Assembly: GCA_002304435.1 (NCBI GenBank)
Contig: NEUZ01000001.1
Span: 11,722 to 75,721, forward strand
Direction of reading: 5' to 3'
DNA length: 64,000 bases
Source: Opitutia bacterium Tous-C8FEB
Lineage (GTDB): Bacteria > Verrucomicrobiota > Verrucomicrobiia > Opitutales > Opitutaceae
The notes beneath the pieces were generated by a model. That model made no database searches and was not told the origin of the DNA. It saw nothing but the letters and a program-made list of their open reading frames with translations. Every line of letters begins with the position of its first letter. Position 1 is the stretch's first letter. Both the position numbers and the translations under genes were made by a program. Shown in pieces: positions 25,486-36,249 of the stretch.

Positions 25486-28422
25486 TCAGCGGCCACCCGC
25501 CGCCGGCGCGGCGAGGAAACCGACGAGGTCCGCCATCGCCTGCGCGTCAACCGCGGCCTCGAGGCCTTCCGGCATCAGGGACCGTCCCGAGCTGATCAGC
25601 GTGCGCAGCTCGCTGCGGAGGATGACCTGCTCCTCCCCGTCGAGCCCCATCAGCGTCAGGGCGCCGGCGGACTCGGCGGCGAGCATTCCTACCGCGGTGC
25701 GCCCGTCCGCGAGGTTGGCGGTGTAGAACAGGTAACGATCCTCGACCGCGCGGTTCGGATCCAAGATGTGCCCGATGAGGTACTCGGGGCTGCGGTCCTT
25801 CACCACCGCGAGATCGGGTCCGACCGCCCGGCCGGGCACCGGCCCGAAGCGATGGCAGGCGCTGCACGACTGGGTAAAAACCTCGCCTCCCCGGCGCGGA
25901 TCCGCGCGAAGCGGCGCCACGGCCGCGACGTAATCGCGCACGATGGCCTGGCGCCCGGCCGCGTCACCCGCCCCGAAGACCGCCGCGGCCCGCTCCGCGA
26001 TTCGCGAATTCCCGTGCTGCGTGAGCGCCGTCCGTCGCGCGGCGTCGATCTCCGCGCGGAAGCTCTCGTCGCGCTCGGCCCGGTCGAGGAGGACCTGCGC
26101 CCACGCGGGCCGGGCGGCGAGTAACCCCAAAATAACGGCGCGCAACCGCGGGGCGTGGCTCTCCCAACCCGCGAGCAGCAGGCCGGGCGTCTGGGTGCGG
26201 TTAATGCCGCCCAACCCGCGCGCCGCCGCCAGCTGCACCTCGGGCGGTTGCCGCGCTTCCAGCAGCGAGGCGAGGAGCTTGCCGTCCTCGACCTGCTGCC
26301 CCCGCCCACGTCCCAGCAGCGCAACGGCCACCAGCCGCGTCTCGACCGAGGCCGTCGCGTCGGCCGCGATCGCCCGCGCGCGCGCGAGCACCGGATCCAG
26401 CGCCTCGAGCGCCTCGCGGAATGGTGCGCCGGCGTCCGCGTGCAACCGCGCCAGCGTCTGCCCTTGGCGCTGCAGTAGATCCAGTAGTTCGCCGAGCGAG
26501 CGGAGGCCCTCGCCCTCCTCCCCGCGCGCCAACGCGGCCGGAACTGCCGCCAGCAACCGGGTGAGGGCGCGGGCGTTCGCCGTGGCCGCCGCGATCTCCG
26601 CCACCAGCGGGCTCTGCGCGGGCCCGGCGGCGTGCAGGGCCTCCAGCACCACGTCGGCGTGCGGCAGAGCGGAACTGAGCGCGGCCGCGCGCGAATAGCG
26701 ATCGCCCTCCCGGGCCAGCAGCCGGGCGAGCGCCTCCCCCGCCTCCGCCCCCGGCCACTCGCCCAACGTGTAACCCACCTGCTGGCGCACGGCGGCATCA
26801 GGGTCGTCGACCAGCGCGGCCACGGCGGCGCGCAGCGCCGGGTCGGCCACGGCGACGGCCTCGCTGAGGCGGATCGCCTGCCGGCGCACTCCGGCGTGCG
26901 GATCGCGCAGAGAACGCAGGACCACCGCGGGATTGAGGGCCCCGATCCCGTGCAGCGCCCAAAGGGCCTGCGCGCGCGCGGCGGGGAGTTCGGCCCCGAC
27001 CGCTACCTGCTCCACGACCTTCGCGGCGCCCTCGGGGCGGCGCCATTCCACTTGCTGCTGGGCCAGATCGCGCAACGTGCCGCTGGGGGAACGCAGCGCG
27101 GCCGCCAGCTCCCCGGCGTTGGCACGATCCAACCGCGGCACCGGGCGCATCGCCCCCGCCCGCGGCCGGATCCGGTAGATGCGCCCCTTTTCGTGCCCGG
27201 CGCGCAGGTCGCCAAGCACGCGCTGCCACGCCTCCGGGATCCATTGGGGATGCTCGATGACGAGCCGGTACATGTCGGCGATGTACAGCGCGCCATCCGG
27301 GCCCGCCCGCGCCGCGACGAAGCGCGACCAGGCATCGGTGGAGGTGAGGAACTCGGAGGTCGCCTCGGACTCCGGGCGCCGGCTGCGGAACGTGGCCCCG
27401 TCCGCCTCGAGCACCTCGCGGTGCACAAGGTTGTGGACCGGCTCGCAGACGAAGACGTTGCCCGCGTAACCCGGACCGAGCAGCGAGTCGCGGTAGATCA
27501 CCGTGCCGCAGGCGGACGTGAAATGGTTGGCCGCGAAGCCGTCGTTGAATCGCGCGAGGGTCTCGCTCCGCGGGTAGACGCGGGCCGCCCCGGGGATGGC
27601 GGCGACCGTGACGGTCGCGGACGGCGGCAGGAGCCGGGGATTGCGCCGCAGGTAGTGCTCCTCGAGGGCGTAGTGCCAGATCGGGTTCGAATTATTGCCG
27701 CCAAACCAGTTGCCCCAGTCGTCGCGGTTGCGCCCCGCCTGGGTCTGGCCCGCGAGCGTCTCGACCTCCCCGGAGTCGGGCCGAAGGCGAAAATCCCGCT
27801 GGCCGAGCTCCACCACGGGGCCGACCGCTCCCGCGCGCCGCACCTTCCCCCCACTGTTGCCATTGGCTAGGTGCACCCACCCGTCGAGGCTCCATTGGAG
27901 GCCGTTGCTCAGGTGCTGCTCGTTCCCCTCTGCCAGCCCCGTGAACAGCGGCCGCCGCACATCGGCCCGGCCATCGCCATCGGTGTCCTCGAGGAACAAC
28001 AGATCCGGCACCGCCACGACCAGGATCCCCGAGCGCCACGGCAGGACCGCCGTCGGCGCGCGGAGTCCGTCGGCGAAGAGGGTGGAACGGTCGTAACGGC
28101 CGTCCCCGCGGGTGGACTCCAGCACGCGGATCCGGCCTCCCGGCTGTCCCTTGCCGTCGATCCCGCGCGGGTAATCGGCCATCTCCACAACCCACAGCCG
28201 TCCATCCGCGCCCCAGGCGAGATCCACCGGGTCGAGGACCGCGGGCTCGGCCGCCACCAACTCGACCTCAAGGTCCGCGGGCACCTGGATCGCCGCGAGA
28301 GAGGCGGCCGCCTCGAGCGGCGCTGGGAGCAGGACCTTGGGAGGCGGCGCCACCTCTTTGTAGCCGCAGGCCAGCCACGCGAGCAGGGGGAGAAGGAAAC
28401 GGAAAAGACGATCCGCGCGCAT
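25486..28422 (-). CDS. PVC-type heme-binding CxxCH membrane-bound dehydrogenase-like lipoprotein
   Basis: Lipobox-like WLAC; propeller motifs (AAEP..DPV, VVEMADYP, GPDGALYIADMY); HEAT repeats; CSACH; SLMPEGLE. Confidence 0.9.
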   Translation of the reverse strand: MRADRLFRFLLPLLAWLACGYKEVAPPPKVLLPAPLEAAASLAAIQVPADLEVELVAAEPAVLDPVDLAWGADGRLWVVEMADYPRGIDGKGQPGGRIRVLESTRGDGRYDRSTLFADGLRAPTAVLPWRSGILVVAVPDLLFLEDTDGDGRADVRRPLFTGLAEGNEQHLSNGLQWSLDGWVHLANGNSGGKVRRAGAVGPVVELGQRDFRLRPDSGEVETLAGQTQAGRNRDDWGNWFGGNNSNPIWHYALEEHYLRRNPRLLPPSATVTVAAIPGAARVYPRSETLARFNDGFAANHFTSACGTVIYRDSLLGPGYAGNVFVCEPVHNLVHREVLEADGATFRSRRPESEATSEFLTSTDAWSRFVAARAGPDGALYIADMYRLVIEHPQWIPEAWQRVLGDLRAGHEKGRIYRIRPRAGAMRPVPRLDRANAGELAAALRSPSGTLRDLAQQQVEWRRPEGAAKVVEQVAVGAELPAARAQALWALHGIGALNPAVVLRSLRDPHAGVRRQAIRLSEAVAVADPALRAAVAALVDDPDAAVRQQVGYTLGEWPGAEAGEALARLLAREGDRYSRAAALSSALPHADVVLEALHAAGPAQSPLVAEIAAATANARALTRLLAAVPAALARGEEGEGLRSLGELLDLLQRQGQTLARLHADAGAPFREALEALDPVLARARAIAADATASVETRLVAVALLGRGRGQQVEDGKLLASLLEARQPPEVQLAAARGLGGINRTQTPGLLLAGWESHAPRLRAVILGLLAARPAWAQVLLDRAERDESFRAEIDAARRTALTQHGNSRIAERAAAVFGAGDAAGRQAIVRDYVAAVAPLRADPRRGGEVFTQSCSACHRFGPVPGRAVGPDLAVVKDRSPEYLIGHILDPNRAVEDRYLFYTANLADGRTAVGMLAAESAGALTLMGLDGEEQVILRSELRTLISSGRSLMPEGLEAAVDAQAMADLVGFLAAPAAGGR

Positions 28423-28475
28423 CAGGGCCAAGTAGGAGGGGAGTGGCGCCAGCGCAAGGGCGGGAAAGGGACGCC

Positions 28476-29888
28476 TCAACGGCGGGCGGTGTGGAACTCC
28501 CCGGGCACGATGCCGCGCACGGCGCCGATCAGGCGGTCCTCGGTGTCCGGGTGGAGGCGGGTGGGCCACCCGTAGTAGTCCATCGAGCCGTCGACCTCGT
28601 AGCCGCCTTCCGGGTACATCCGGCGCGAGGGCACGTAGCAGGGCACGGCGTTGGCGTAGGCGTTCACCCAGAGGCGCGGGCCATCGAGTTCGCGGCGCAA
28701 CCGGAGGGCGTACTCGGCGACCACCTCCCCGCCCAGGAACACCATCGCGAGCTCGCGGCCGAACGTCCACGTCTGCACGGGAAGGGGCACGGCGGCCGGA
28801 AGGGAACGGCCCGCCGCCAACTCCGCGAGAAAACGCCCGGCCGCATACTGAGCCGGCGCACGCGTCCCGGGCCCCCGCCGGACCTCCAACGCGGCGCGGT
28901 CCGGCGCGGGATCCAAGGGCAGCTGCACCACCTGATACGCGGCCGTGGTGACGGGGCCGAGCGGCCGCCACGATCCGGGCAGCAGCCGGGCGACCTCAGC
29001 CGCAACCGCGGCCCCGTGCACGTGCACCCCCTCGGGACCGCGCGGCAGACCGGGATTCGCGTCCGCGCCGCAGCCAATGGTCACCAGCGCGGCTGCCCCC
29101 GCGTGCGCCGCCTCGAGCCGCGTCGCGGCATCCCCCGCCCAGTCGGAGTGCACAAAGTTGTCCCCGCCGCCGAGCGTCGTGCAGTGGCAGGCGTAGTTGA
29201 GAAACAGGGCCCTCACCGCCCCGTCCGGCGCGGTGATGCGCAGCACCGGCAGCGCGTGGTCGACGGGCCCGCCCGGCACGATCCCGAAGCCCTTCCATTT
29301 GCCGTCCACCACTTGGCGGCGCTGGGTGGCGAAGCCGACGCTGCCCTGGGTCCACGCCACGCGGGCGGGACGGCGGTCGGCCAGCGCGGCCGCCGCGACC
29401 TCGATCAGCCGCTCCCGCAGTCGCGCGGTGTAGGCGGCGATGCGGGCGGTCTCCTCCGGCGGAATATCGCGCGCGAACATATAGGGGAGCACATCCGCGA
29501 GGGCCGGGCCGTTGTGGGTGTGTGTCGCGCAGAGGGCGAGGCGGGCGCGGGGCAGCCCGAAGCGGCGCTCGAGGGCTTCGGCCACGACCCGGGCGGTCTC
29601 CTCCCCGATCCCGATCAGTTCCGCGGTGACCAGCACCACCGGGCCGTCCGCATCAGCGCCGAGCGCCAAGGCGCGCGCGTGCAGCGGGGCGCCGATCCGG
29701 GCCGCCTCCGTGGCGCGGGACTGGTAGCCGGTCAGCCGGATCGGCAATTCCGGGGTGATGTCGATTCGCGCCACGCCGACCGGCACCAGCGGGTCGGCCG
29801 GAGCCGCGGGGGAGACGAGGGCGGGCAGCAGCAACAGCGCGAGAAGAAGGAACGCGGGACGACGGGGGAGCGGGGCGGCAGGCTTCAT
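28476..29888 (-). CDS. Neutral/alkaline ceramidase N-terminal domain protein, secreted
   Basis: GVARIDITP, ATHTHNGP, NYACHCT, GGYE; signal peptide. Confidence 0.85.
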   Translation of the reverse strand: MKPAAPLPRRPAFLLLALLLLPALVSPAAPADPLVPVGVARIDITPELPIRLTGYQSRATEAARIGAPLHARALALGADADGPVVLVTAELIGIGEETARVVAEALERRFGLPRARLALCATHTHNGPALADVLPYMFARDIPPEETARIAAYTARLRERLIEVAAAALADRRPARVAWTQGSVGFATQRRQVVDGKWKGFGIVPGGPVDHALPVLRITAPDGAVRALFLNYACHCTTLGGGDNFVHSDWAGDAATRLEAAHAGAAALVTIGCGADANPGLPRGPEGVHVHGAAVAAEVARLLPGSWRPLGPVTTAAYQVVQLPLDPAPDRAALEVRRGPGTRAPAQYAAGRFLAELAAGRSLPAAVPLPVQTWTFGRELAMVFLGGEVVAEYALRLRRELDGPRLWVNAYANAVPCYVPSRRMYPEGGYEVDGSMDYYGWPTRLHPDTEDRLIGAVRGIVPGEFHTARR

Positions 29889-29991
29889 CGGGGCGAACCC
29901 ATCCGTGACGCACCGCCCGCAAGGCGTCGAGCCCCCAGCGGACGGCGCAAGTCCGGCTTGGCACGCAGCGCCGGCTCGCGAACATCGCGGG

Positions 29992-31614
29992 ATGTCCCCC
30001 TCCCCTTCCCTGCACGGGTTCAGTCTGGTCGCCGGCGACCGGGGTGCTCCCGGCGGCAAAACCTTCCGGGCCGTCGATCCCGCCGGTGGCGCGGCGCTCG
30101 CGCCGGACTTCCACGAGGCCTTGCCGGAGGAAGCGGACCGGGCCCTCGAGCGCGCCCAGGTGGCGGCGGTGACCTTCGCGCACACCACGGGAGAAACCCG
30201 CGCGACCCTCCTGGAGGCCATCGCGGCGGGCATCGAGGAACTCGGGGAAACGCTGATCGCGCGGGCGGCCGCGGAGACCGGCCTGCCGGTCGCGCGCCTG
30301 ACCGGCGAGCGCGCGCGCACGTGCGGGCAACTCCGGCTCTTCGCCCAACTGGTCCGGGAAGGCTCTTGGGTGGACGCCCGCCTGGATCCCGCGCTCCCGG
30401 AGCGGAAGCCCCTGCCGCGGCCCGACGTCCGCCGGATGCTCCGGCCGGTGGGCCCGGTCGTGGTGTTCGGTTCCAGCAACTTCCCGCTCGCCTTCTCCAC
30501 CGCCGGCGGGGACACGGCGTCCGCGCTGGCCGCCGGTTGCCCGGTGGTGGTGAAGGCGCATCGGGCACACCCCGGCACCGCGGAGCTGGTCGCGGGGGCA
30601 GTGGCTCGCGCCGTGGTGGCGCAGGGGCTGCCGCCGGGCGTCTTCTCCCAACTTCACGGCGAGGGTGCGACGCTCGGGGTACGGCTGGTGCGGCATCCGG
30701 CGACGGCGGCGGTGGGCTTCACGGGCTCGCAGGCGGCGGGGCGTGCGCTGCACGACGCGGCGGCGGCGCGGCCGCGGCCGATCCCCGTGTTCGCGGAGAT
30801 GAGCAGCCTCAACCCGGTCTTCCTGCTGCCCAGGGCCCTCAGCGCGCGTGGCGCGGAGATCGCTGCGGGGCTCCTCGCCTCATTCACCTTGGGCGTCGGC
30901 CAGTTCTGCACCAAGCCGGGCCTCGTCTTCGCGGTGCGCGGGGAGGCCACCGAAGCTTTTCTCGCGGCCCTCGCGGCGGGCGTGCGCGCCGCTCCTTGCG
31001 GCACGATGCTCACCCCGGGCATCCGCGCGGCGTTCCTCGCGAACCAGCAGCGCCTCCTCGCCGCGACCGGGGTGACGCTCTGGGCCGGCGGCGCGGGGGA
31101 ACCCGCGACCGAGCGCCACGAGGCCCGGCCGGTCGTCGCCCGCACCACCGCCGAGACGTTCCTCGCGCATCCCGAGCTCGCGGAGGAAGCCTTCGGACCC
31201 TTCACCCTGGTGGTCGAGGCCCAGGATGCCGCAGGCCTCGCCCCTTGCGCCGGGGCCCTCGCCGGGCAGCTCACCGCCACCCTTCACGGCACGGCCGAGG
31301 ATCTGGCCGGCGCCGCGACCTTGCGACAGCTGCTGGAAGAGAGAGCCGGGCGGCTGGTCCTCAACGGCTTCCCCACCGGCGTCGAGGTCTGCCCGGCGAT
31401 GCACCACGGCGGGCCCTATCCGGCGACCACCGACAGTCGATTCACCTCGGTCGGCACGGCCGCGATCCTGCGCTTCGCCCGACCCGTGTGCTACCAAGGC
31501 TTCTCCGACGCACTCCTGCCGGCCGCGTTGCAGGACGCCAACCCGCTCGGCCTGCTGCGCCTGGTCGAAGGCCGCCCGACCCGCGAACCCCTCCCTCCGC
31601 GGAGGACGGGCTGA
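29992..31614 (+). CDS. NADP+ aldehyde dehydrogenase (2-ketoglutarate semialdehyde dehydrogenase type)
   Basis: [50 protein letters not shown]. Confidence 0.9.
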   Translation: MSPSPSLHGFSLVAGDRGAPGGKTFRAVDPAGGAALAPDFHEALPEEADRALERAQVAAVTFAHTTGETRATLLEAIAAGIEELGETLIARAAAETGLPVARLTGERARTCGQLRLFAQLVREGSWVDARLDPALPERKPLPRPDVRRMLRPVGPVVVFGSSNFPLAFSTAGGDTASALAAGCPVVVKAHRAHPGTAELVAGAVARAVVAQGLPPGVFSQLHGEGATLGVRLVRHPATAAVGFTGSQAAGRALHDAAAARPRPIPVFAEMSSLNPVFLLPRALSARGAEIAAGLLASFTLGVGQFCTKPGLVFAVRGEATEAFLAALAAGVRAAPCGTMLTPGIRAAFLANQQRLLAATGVTLWAGGAGEPATERHEARPVVARTTAETFLAHPELAEEAFGPFTLVVEAQDAAGLAPCAGALAGQLTATLHGTAEDLAGAATLRQLLEERAGRLVLNGFPTGVEVCPAMHHGGPYPATTDSRFTSVGTAAILRFARPVCYQGFSDALLPAALQDANPLGLLRLVEGRPTREPLPPRRTG

Positions 31615-31615
31615 G

Positions 31616-33568
31616 ATGGATCCGCTCCTCGATTCCCCGGACGCCGCCTACACGGGTCTGCGCACGACCGCGCCGGGCCCGGCCGGGCGCCTGCCCCTTG
31701 AGGCCGGCCAACTGCGCCACCTCAGCAGCGGCGACCTCTTTGGCCTGACCCAGAACGCGGGGATGGGCTGGAATCCGGCGCTCCTCGGGGGACGCCAGTA
31801 CCTCATCCTGAGCACCCAGGGCGGGATCCGCGCCCCGGACGGTACGCCCGTCGCGCTCGGTTACCATACCGGCCACTGGGAAGTCGGCCTGCTGATGGAG
31901 GAGGCGGCGCGCGCGTTCACCGCGGCAGGCGCCATCCCGTTCGCGGGCTATGTCTCCGACCCCTGCGACGGCCGCACCAACGGCACCGCGGGGATGCTCG
32001 ACAGCCTGGCCTACCGGAACGACGCCGCCGTGGTGCTGCGCCGTCTCATCCGCTCCCTGCCGACCCGGCGAGGCGTGCTCGGCGTCGCCACCTGCGACAA
32101 GGGCCTGCCCGCGATGATGATGGCGCTCGCCGGCTGCCCCGACCTGCCGGGAATTCTGGTCCCGGGCGGCGTGACGCTGCTCGCGCACGGCGCGGAGGAC
32201 ACCGGCAAGGTGCAGACGCTCGCGACCCGCTTCGCCCGGGGCGAAATCACCCTCGACCACGCCGCCGAGATGGGTTGCCGCGCGTGCGGCTCCCCGGGGG
32301 GCGGCTGCCAGTTTATGGGCACCGCGGCGACCAGCCAGGTGGTCGGCGAGGCGCTCGGCCTCACCTTACCCCACGGGGCGCTGGCCCCTTCCGGGGCGCC
32401 GCTGTGGCGCGACCTCGCCCGGCGCTCCGCCGGCGCCCTGATGGCGCTCGACCAAGCCGGCACCCCGCTGCAGACCATCCTGACCGAGGACGCCCTGCAC
32501 AACGCGCTGGTGCTGCACGCGGCGTTCGGCGGCTCCACCAACCTGCTGCTACACCTCCCGGCGATCGCCCACGCGGCGGGCCTCCGGCCCCCGGCGCTCG
32601 AGGACTGGATGCGGGTGAACCGCGCCGTGCCCCGGCTGGTCGACGTGCTCCCGAACGGGCCCCGCAGCTTCGCCACCGTGCAGGTCTACCTCGCCGGCGG
32701 CGTGCCCGAGGTGATGCTCCACCTGCGCGCGGCGGGCCTGCTGCGCCTCGACACCCGCACGGTGTCCGGACGCACCCTGAGCGAAAACCTCGCCTGGTGG
32801 GAGCATTCCGAACGCCGGCGGCGGCTACGGGAACTCCTGCACGCGCTCGACGGTATCGACCCCGACGACGTCATCCTCTCCCCGGAACGGGCCGCCGCGC
32901 AAGGGATGACGAGCACGTTGACGCTGCTGCGCGGCAACCTCGCACCCGAGGGCGCCTTGGTGAAGAGCACCGCGATCAGCCCGGCGCTGATCGGACCCGA
33001 CGGCGTTTACCGCCACGAGGGCCCCGCGCGCGTCTTCACCACCGAGTCGGCGGCGATCGCGGCGGTGAAGGCGGGCCGGCTCACCCCGGGCGACGTCCTC
33101 GTGCTCGCGGGCATCGGGCCGGGCATCGGGATGCCCGAGACCTACCAGATTACCTCCGCTTTGAAATATGTACGCGGCGGCGAGCGCATCGCGCTGGTCA
33201 CCGACGGCCGGTTTTCCGGGGTCTCCACCGGCGCCTGCATCGGCCACGTGAGTCCCGAGGCCTGGGCGGGCGGTCCGCTCGCCGGGGTTCGCGACGGCGA
33301 CCGGATCCGCCTCGTGGTGGATACCCGCCGCCTCGAGGGCTCCGTGGACGCGCCCGACCTTTCCGCGGAGGAGCTGCGCGCGCGGGGCCGCCATCCCGGG
33401 CTGCGTCCGGACCCGCGGGTCCCGGCCGACACGCGATTGTGGTCCGCGCTGCAACAGGCCTGCGGGGGCACGTGGGCGGGTTGCGTGCACGACGCCGACC
33501 GCATCGCCCGGCTGCTGGAGCTTGGGCTGGCCGCGGAGCGCGCGCAAGGCGACCGCCCGGCGGGCTAG
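31616..33568 (+). CDS. yjhG: YjhG/YagF family D-xylonate dehydratase (IlvD/Edd family)
   Basis: [51 protein letters not shown]. Confidence 0.9.
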   Translation: MDPLLDSPDAAYTGLRTTAPGPAGRLPLEAGQLRHLSSGDLFGLTQNAGMGWNPALLGGRQYLILSTQGGIRAPDGTPVALGYHTGHWEVGLLMEEAARAFTAAGAIPFAGYVSDPCDGRTNGTAGMLDSLAYRNDAAVVLRRLIRSLPTRRGVLGVATCDKGLPAMMMALAGCPDLPGILVPGGVTLLAHGAEDTGKVQTLATRFARGEITLDHAAEMGCRACGSPGGGCQFMGTAATSQVVGEALGLTLPHGALAPSGAPLWRDLARRSAGALMALDQAGTPLQTILTEDALHNALVLHAAFGGSTNLLLHLPAIAHAAGLRPPALEDWMRVNRAVPRLVDVLPNGPRSFATVQVYLAGGVPEVMLHLRAAGLLRLDTRTVSGRTLSENLAWWEHSERRRRLRELLHALDGIDPDDVILSPERAAAQGMTSTLTLLRGNLAPEGALVKSTAISPALIGPDGVYRHEGPARVFTTESAAIAAVKAGRLTPGDVLVLAGIGPGIGMPETYQITSALKYVRGGERIALVTDGRFSGVSTGACIGHVSPEAWAGGPLAGVRDGDRIRLVVDTRRLEGSVDAPDLSAEELRARGRHPGLRPDPRVPADTRLWSALQQACGGTWAGCVHDADRIARLLELGLAAERAQGDRPAG

Positions 33569-33578
33569 GCGCGCGGGC

Positions 33579-34529
33579 TCAGGCCTCGACGCCGAGCTTC
33601 TCGAGCAGCCGCTGGAGGTCCTCGTTGCCGCGGTACTCGATGACGATCCGGCCGCGGCGGGCGGTATGCAGCACCGCCACCCGCGCCCCGAGATGCGAGG
33701 TGAGCTTGCGTTCGATGCCGGCCACGGCCGCGGCATCCTGCGGGCGCGCGCCCCGGTCGGCACGCGGCGATCCGGGCGTACGCCGCGCGGCTTGGGAGGC
33801 CTTCTCCGCGGCGCGCACGCTGAGCCCCTCCTCGAGGATGCGCCGGGCCAGCACCGTCCGGGACGCGCCAGGCTCGACCCCGAGCAACACCTTGGCGTGC
33901 CCGACCGAGAGCAGTCCCTTGGCGAGATAGGCCTGCAGCTCCGCCTCGAGCGAGAGCAGGCGCAGCGAATTGGCGACCGTGGCACGGCCCCGGCCCACGC
34001 GTTCCGCCGCGGTATCTTGAGTGAGGTCGAAGTCGCGGATCAGGCTGGCATAACCCTGCGCCTCCTCGAGGGGGTTGAGCCCCTCGCGCTGGAGGTTCTC
34101 AATCAGCCCGATCGCAGCCGAGGAGGCGTCGCTCGCCTCCACCAGCCGCGCAGGGATCACCTTGATCTTGAGGAGTTGAAAGGCGCGCCAGCGGCGTTCC
34201 CCGGCGATGAGCTGGAAGCGCTCCCCTTGCCGCCGCACGACGATCGGCTGGAGCAGACCCTCCGCGCGGATGCTCTCGGCGAGTTCCTGCAGCTGCTCGG
34301 GGGCGATCTCACGGCGGGCCTGGTAGGGGCTCGGATCCACGAGGCCGACGGCGATCTCCTGGAAGCCGGGGGCCGTCGAGGCGGGTGCGGCCGTGGCCGC
34401 CGGAGCCGGGGCGGCGGGCGTGGCGACCGGAGTTGCGGGAGCGGGCGTTCCCGCGGGCTGGGCGGGACGGGCCGCCGCAATGAGACCGCCAAGGCCGCGG
34501 CCGAGACGTGATTTGGGAGCTGCCGGCAT
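33579..34529 (-). CDS. parB: ParB/Spo0J partition protein
   Basis: LGRGLGGL, LIAGERRWRA, IENLQRE, HTH. Confidence 0.95.
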   Translation of the reverse strand: MPAAPKSRLGRGLGGLIAAARPAQPAGTPAPATPVATPAAPAPAATAAPASTAPGFQEIAVGLVDPSPYQARREIAPEQLQELAESIRAEGLLQPIVVRRQGERFQLIAGERRWRAFQLLKIKVIPARLVEASDASSAAIGLIENLQREGLNPLEEAQGYASLIRDFDLTQDTAAERVGRGRATVANSLRLLSLEAELQAYLAKGLLSVGHAKVLLGVEPGASRTVLARRILEEGLSVRAAEKASQAARRTPGSPRADRGARPQDAAAVAGIERKLTSHLGARVAVLHTARRGRIVIEYRGNEDLQRLLEKLGVEA

Positions 34530-34533
34530 CGAT

Positions 34534-35094
34534 TTATTTTCCTCCTGGGATAAAAAGGACCTGTCCGGCCTGGATCCGGGAGGGATCGGCCAGCTTGTTC
34601 GCGTTGATAATGTCTTGCGCGCGCGCGCCGGTCTTGCGGGCGATCACCGCCAGGGTGTCCCCTTTCTGCACCGTGTAGCTGACGCCCTCGCGCGGGAAAT
34701 CTTCGGCAAACCCCGCCGCCGGGGCGCGGGCGCCGTTCGTGCGCGCCAGCGATTCCAGCGCGGCGTTCGTCTGCTTCGCGAGTTTCTCCATCTGCGTGGC
34801 GACCTGCTGCAGGGTCTCGGCCTTGCTCGCGGCGACGGCCGCTCGCGCCTCGCGCGCCGACTCGGCCAGAGACTCTCGCAGCTGCGCGAGCGTCACCTGC
34901 GCCCGGCCCGCGGCCGCCAGCTGGCCGCGCAGCTCGGCGTTCTCCCGCTCCAACTGCTCCACCCGCAGGGCGAGCTCGCCCAGACGCTGCGACAGCCCCC
35001 GCACGTCCTCTCGCAGGTTGGCCACCTCCACCGGAAGGTTTTGGGCGTGGAGCGTCCCAGCCAGAAGCAGGACGAGGCAACGCGGCGGGAGCAT
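34534..35094 (-). CDS. Secreted coiled-coil + LysM protein
   Basis: Signal peptide, coiled coil, YTVQKGDTLAVIA...GQVLFIP. Confidence 0.88.
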   Translation of the reverse strand: MLPPRCLVLLLAGTLHAQNLPVEVANLREDVRGLSQRLGELALRVEQLERENAELRGQLAAAGRAQVTLAQLRESLAESAREARAAVAASKAETLQQVATQMEKLAKQTNAALESLARTNGARAPAAGFAEDFPREGVSYTVQKGDTLAVIARKTGARAQDIINANKLADPSRIQAGQVLFIPGGK

Positions 35095-35134
35095 CGCCGG
35101 GGACAATGAGGCGCGCCGGACCGAAAACAAGCGG

Positions 35135-36148
35135 CTAGTGGGTCGCGGCCGGAGCGGGCGGGCGCGGCGGCACCAGCAGCGCGGGCATCGGGCGCGAGTC
35201 GAACATCGCCCCCGGAGGCGCGGAAAACCCCCGCAGGAACTCCCCTGCCGGCAACATCCGGCCGCCCGGGCGCTGCAGCCGGCGCAGTCGCAGGAGCCCC
35301 TCCCCGGTCCACACGAGAAGCCCCGTCGCGTCGCTCCCCGCCACGGAGCCCGGGGCCCCGGGCGGGCCAGGCGGAAGGGCGTCCGGGAGGTCCGCCAGCC
35401 CGAACTTCAGGACCTCCGGGCCGAGCGCCGCGCTGCAGCCGGGCCAAGGAAAAAGCCCGTTGATGCGCGCCGCGAGTTCCGCCGCGGGCCGGGCGAAGTC
35501 TACTGCCCCGTCCTCCTTGGTCAGTTTCCGGCAATGCGTCACCACGGCCTCGTCCTGCGCGGCGAAGGCAAGTTCGCCCCGCACGAGCGCCGGCAGACAC
35601 CGGGCGACCAGAGGCACGCAGGCCGCCGCGAGGCGCGCGTCGATCTCGAGGGCGGTGTCCAACACGCCAATCGGGACGCGCTCACGGTCCGCGACGGGCC
35701 CCGCGTCGAGGCGGCGCACGATCCGCATCAGGGATACACCCGTCTCCCGCAGCCCCGACGCAACCGCGGTCTGGATCGGGGAGGCCCCGCGGAGGGCGGG
35801 CAAAAGGGAGGTGTGCAGGTTGAGCATCCCAAGCCGGGGCACCGCGAGGAAGTCGTCCCGCAGGAGGTGGCCGTACGCCATCACCAGCCCGAGGTCGGGC
35901 CGGAGCGCCGCGAGTTGCGCGGTGATCTCGGGAGTCAGGCGTTCCGGCTGCAGGACTGGCAGCGCGCGGGCCTCCGCCCAAGCCTTGATCGCGTTGGGCC
36001 GCACCTGCTGCCCGCGCCCGGCCGGCCGGTCCGGCTGGGTGAAGACCCCGACGACCTCGGCCACGGCGGCCCCCGGCCCGGCGAGCCAATCTAGGATCGG
36101 CAGGGCGATGGGGTCGGAGCCGAGAAAGACAAGGCGCAGCGGCGGCAT
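35135..36148 (-). CDS. fmt: Methionyl-tRNA formyltransferase
   Basis: VFTQPDRPAGRG, NLHTSLLPALRGASPI, LDAGP. Confidence 0.95.
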   Translation of the reverse strand: MPPLRLVFLGSDPIALPILDWLAGPGAAVAEVVGVFTQPDRPAGRGQQVRPNAIKAWAEARALPVLQPERLTPEITAQLAALRPDLGLVMAYGHLLRDDFLAVPRLGMLNLHTSLLPALRGASPIQTAVASGLRETGVSLMRIVRRLDAGPVADRERVPIGVLDTALEIDARLAAACVPLVARCLPALVRGELAFAAQDEAVVTHCRKLTKEDGAVDFARPAAELAARINGLFPWPGCSAALGPEVLKFGLADLPDALPPGPPGAPGSVAGSDATGLLVWTGEGLLRLRRLQRPGGRMLPAGEFLRGFSAPPGAMFDSRPMPALLVPPRPPAPAATH

Positions 36149-36249
36149 ACGAATGAAGTCACTCCCGCGGGAACGCCGGTTCAAAGCAAATCCCCGTCCG
36201 GAAAGCGTTCTCGCGTGCGCGCCCTCCGGCCGGCTTGCTCGGGGCCCGA

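Noticed and set aside
28443-31748. Long alternative ORFs (e.g. 28443-31748, 14369-16483, 47414-50014, 42098-44050, 5584-7119)
   Set aside because: Shadow frames of real genes in high-GC DNA; Arg/Gly/Pro-rich with no recognisable motifs
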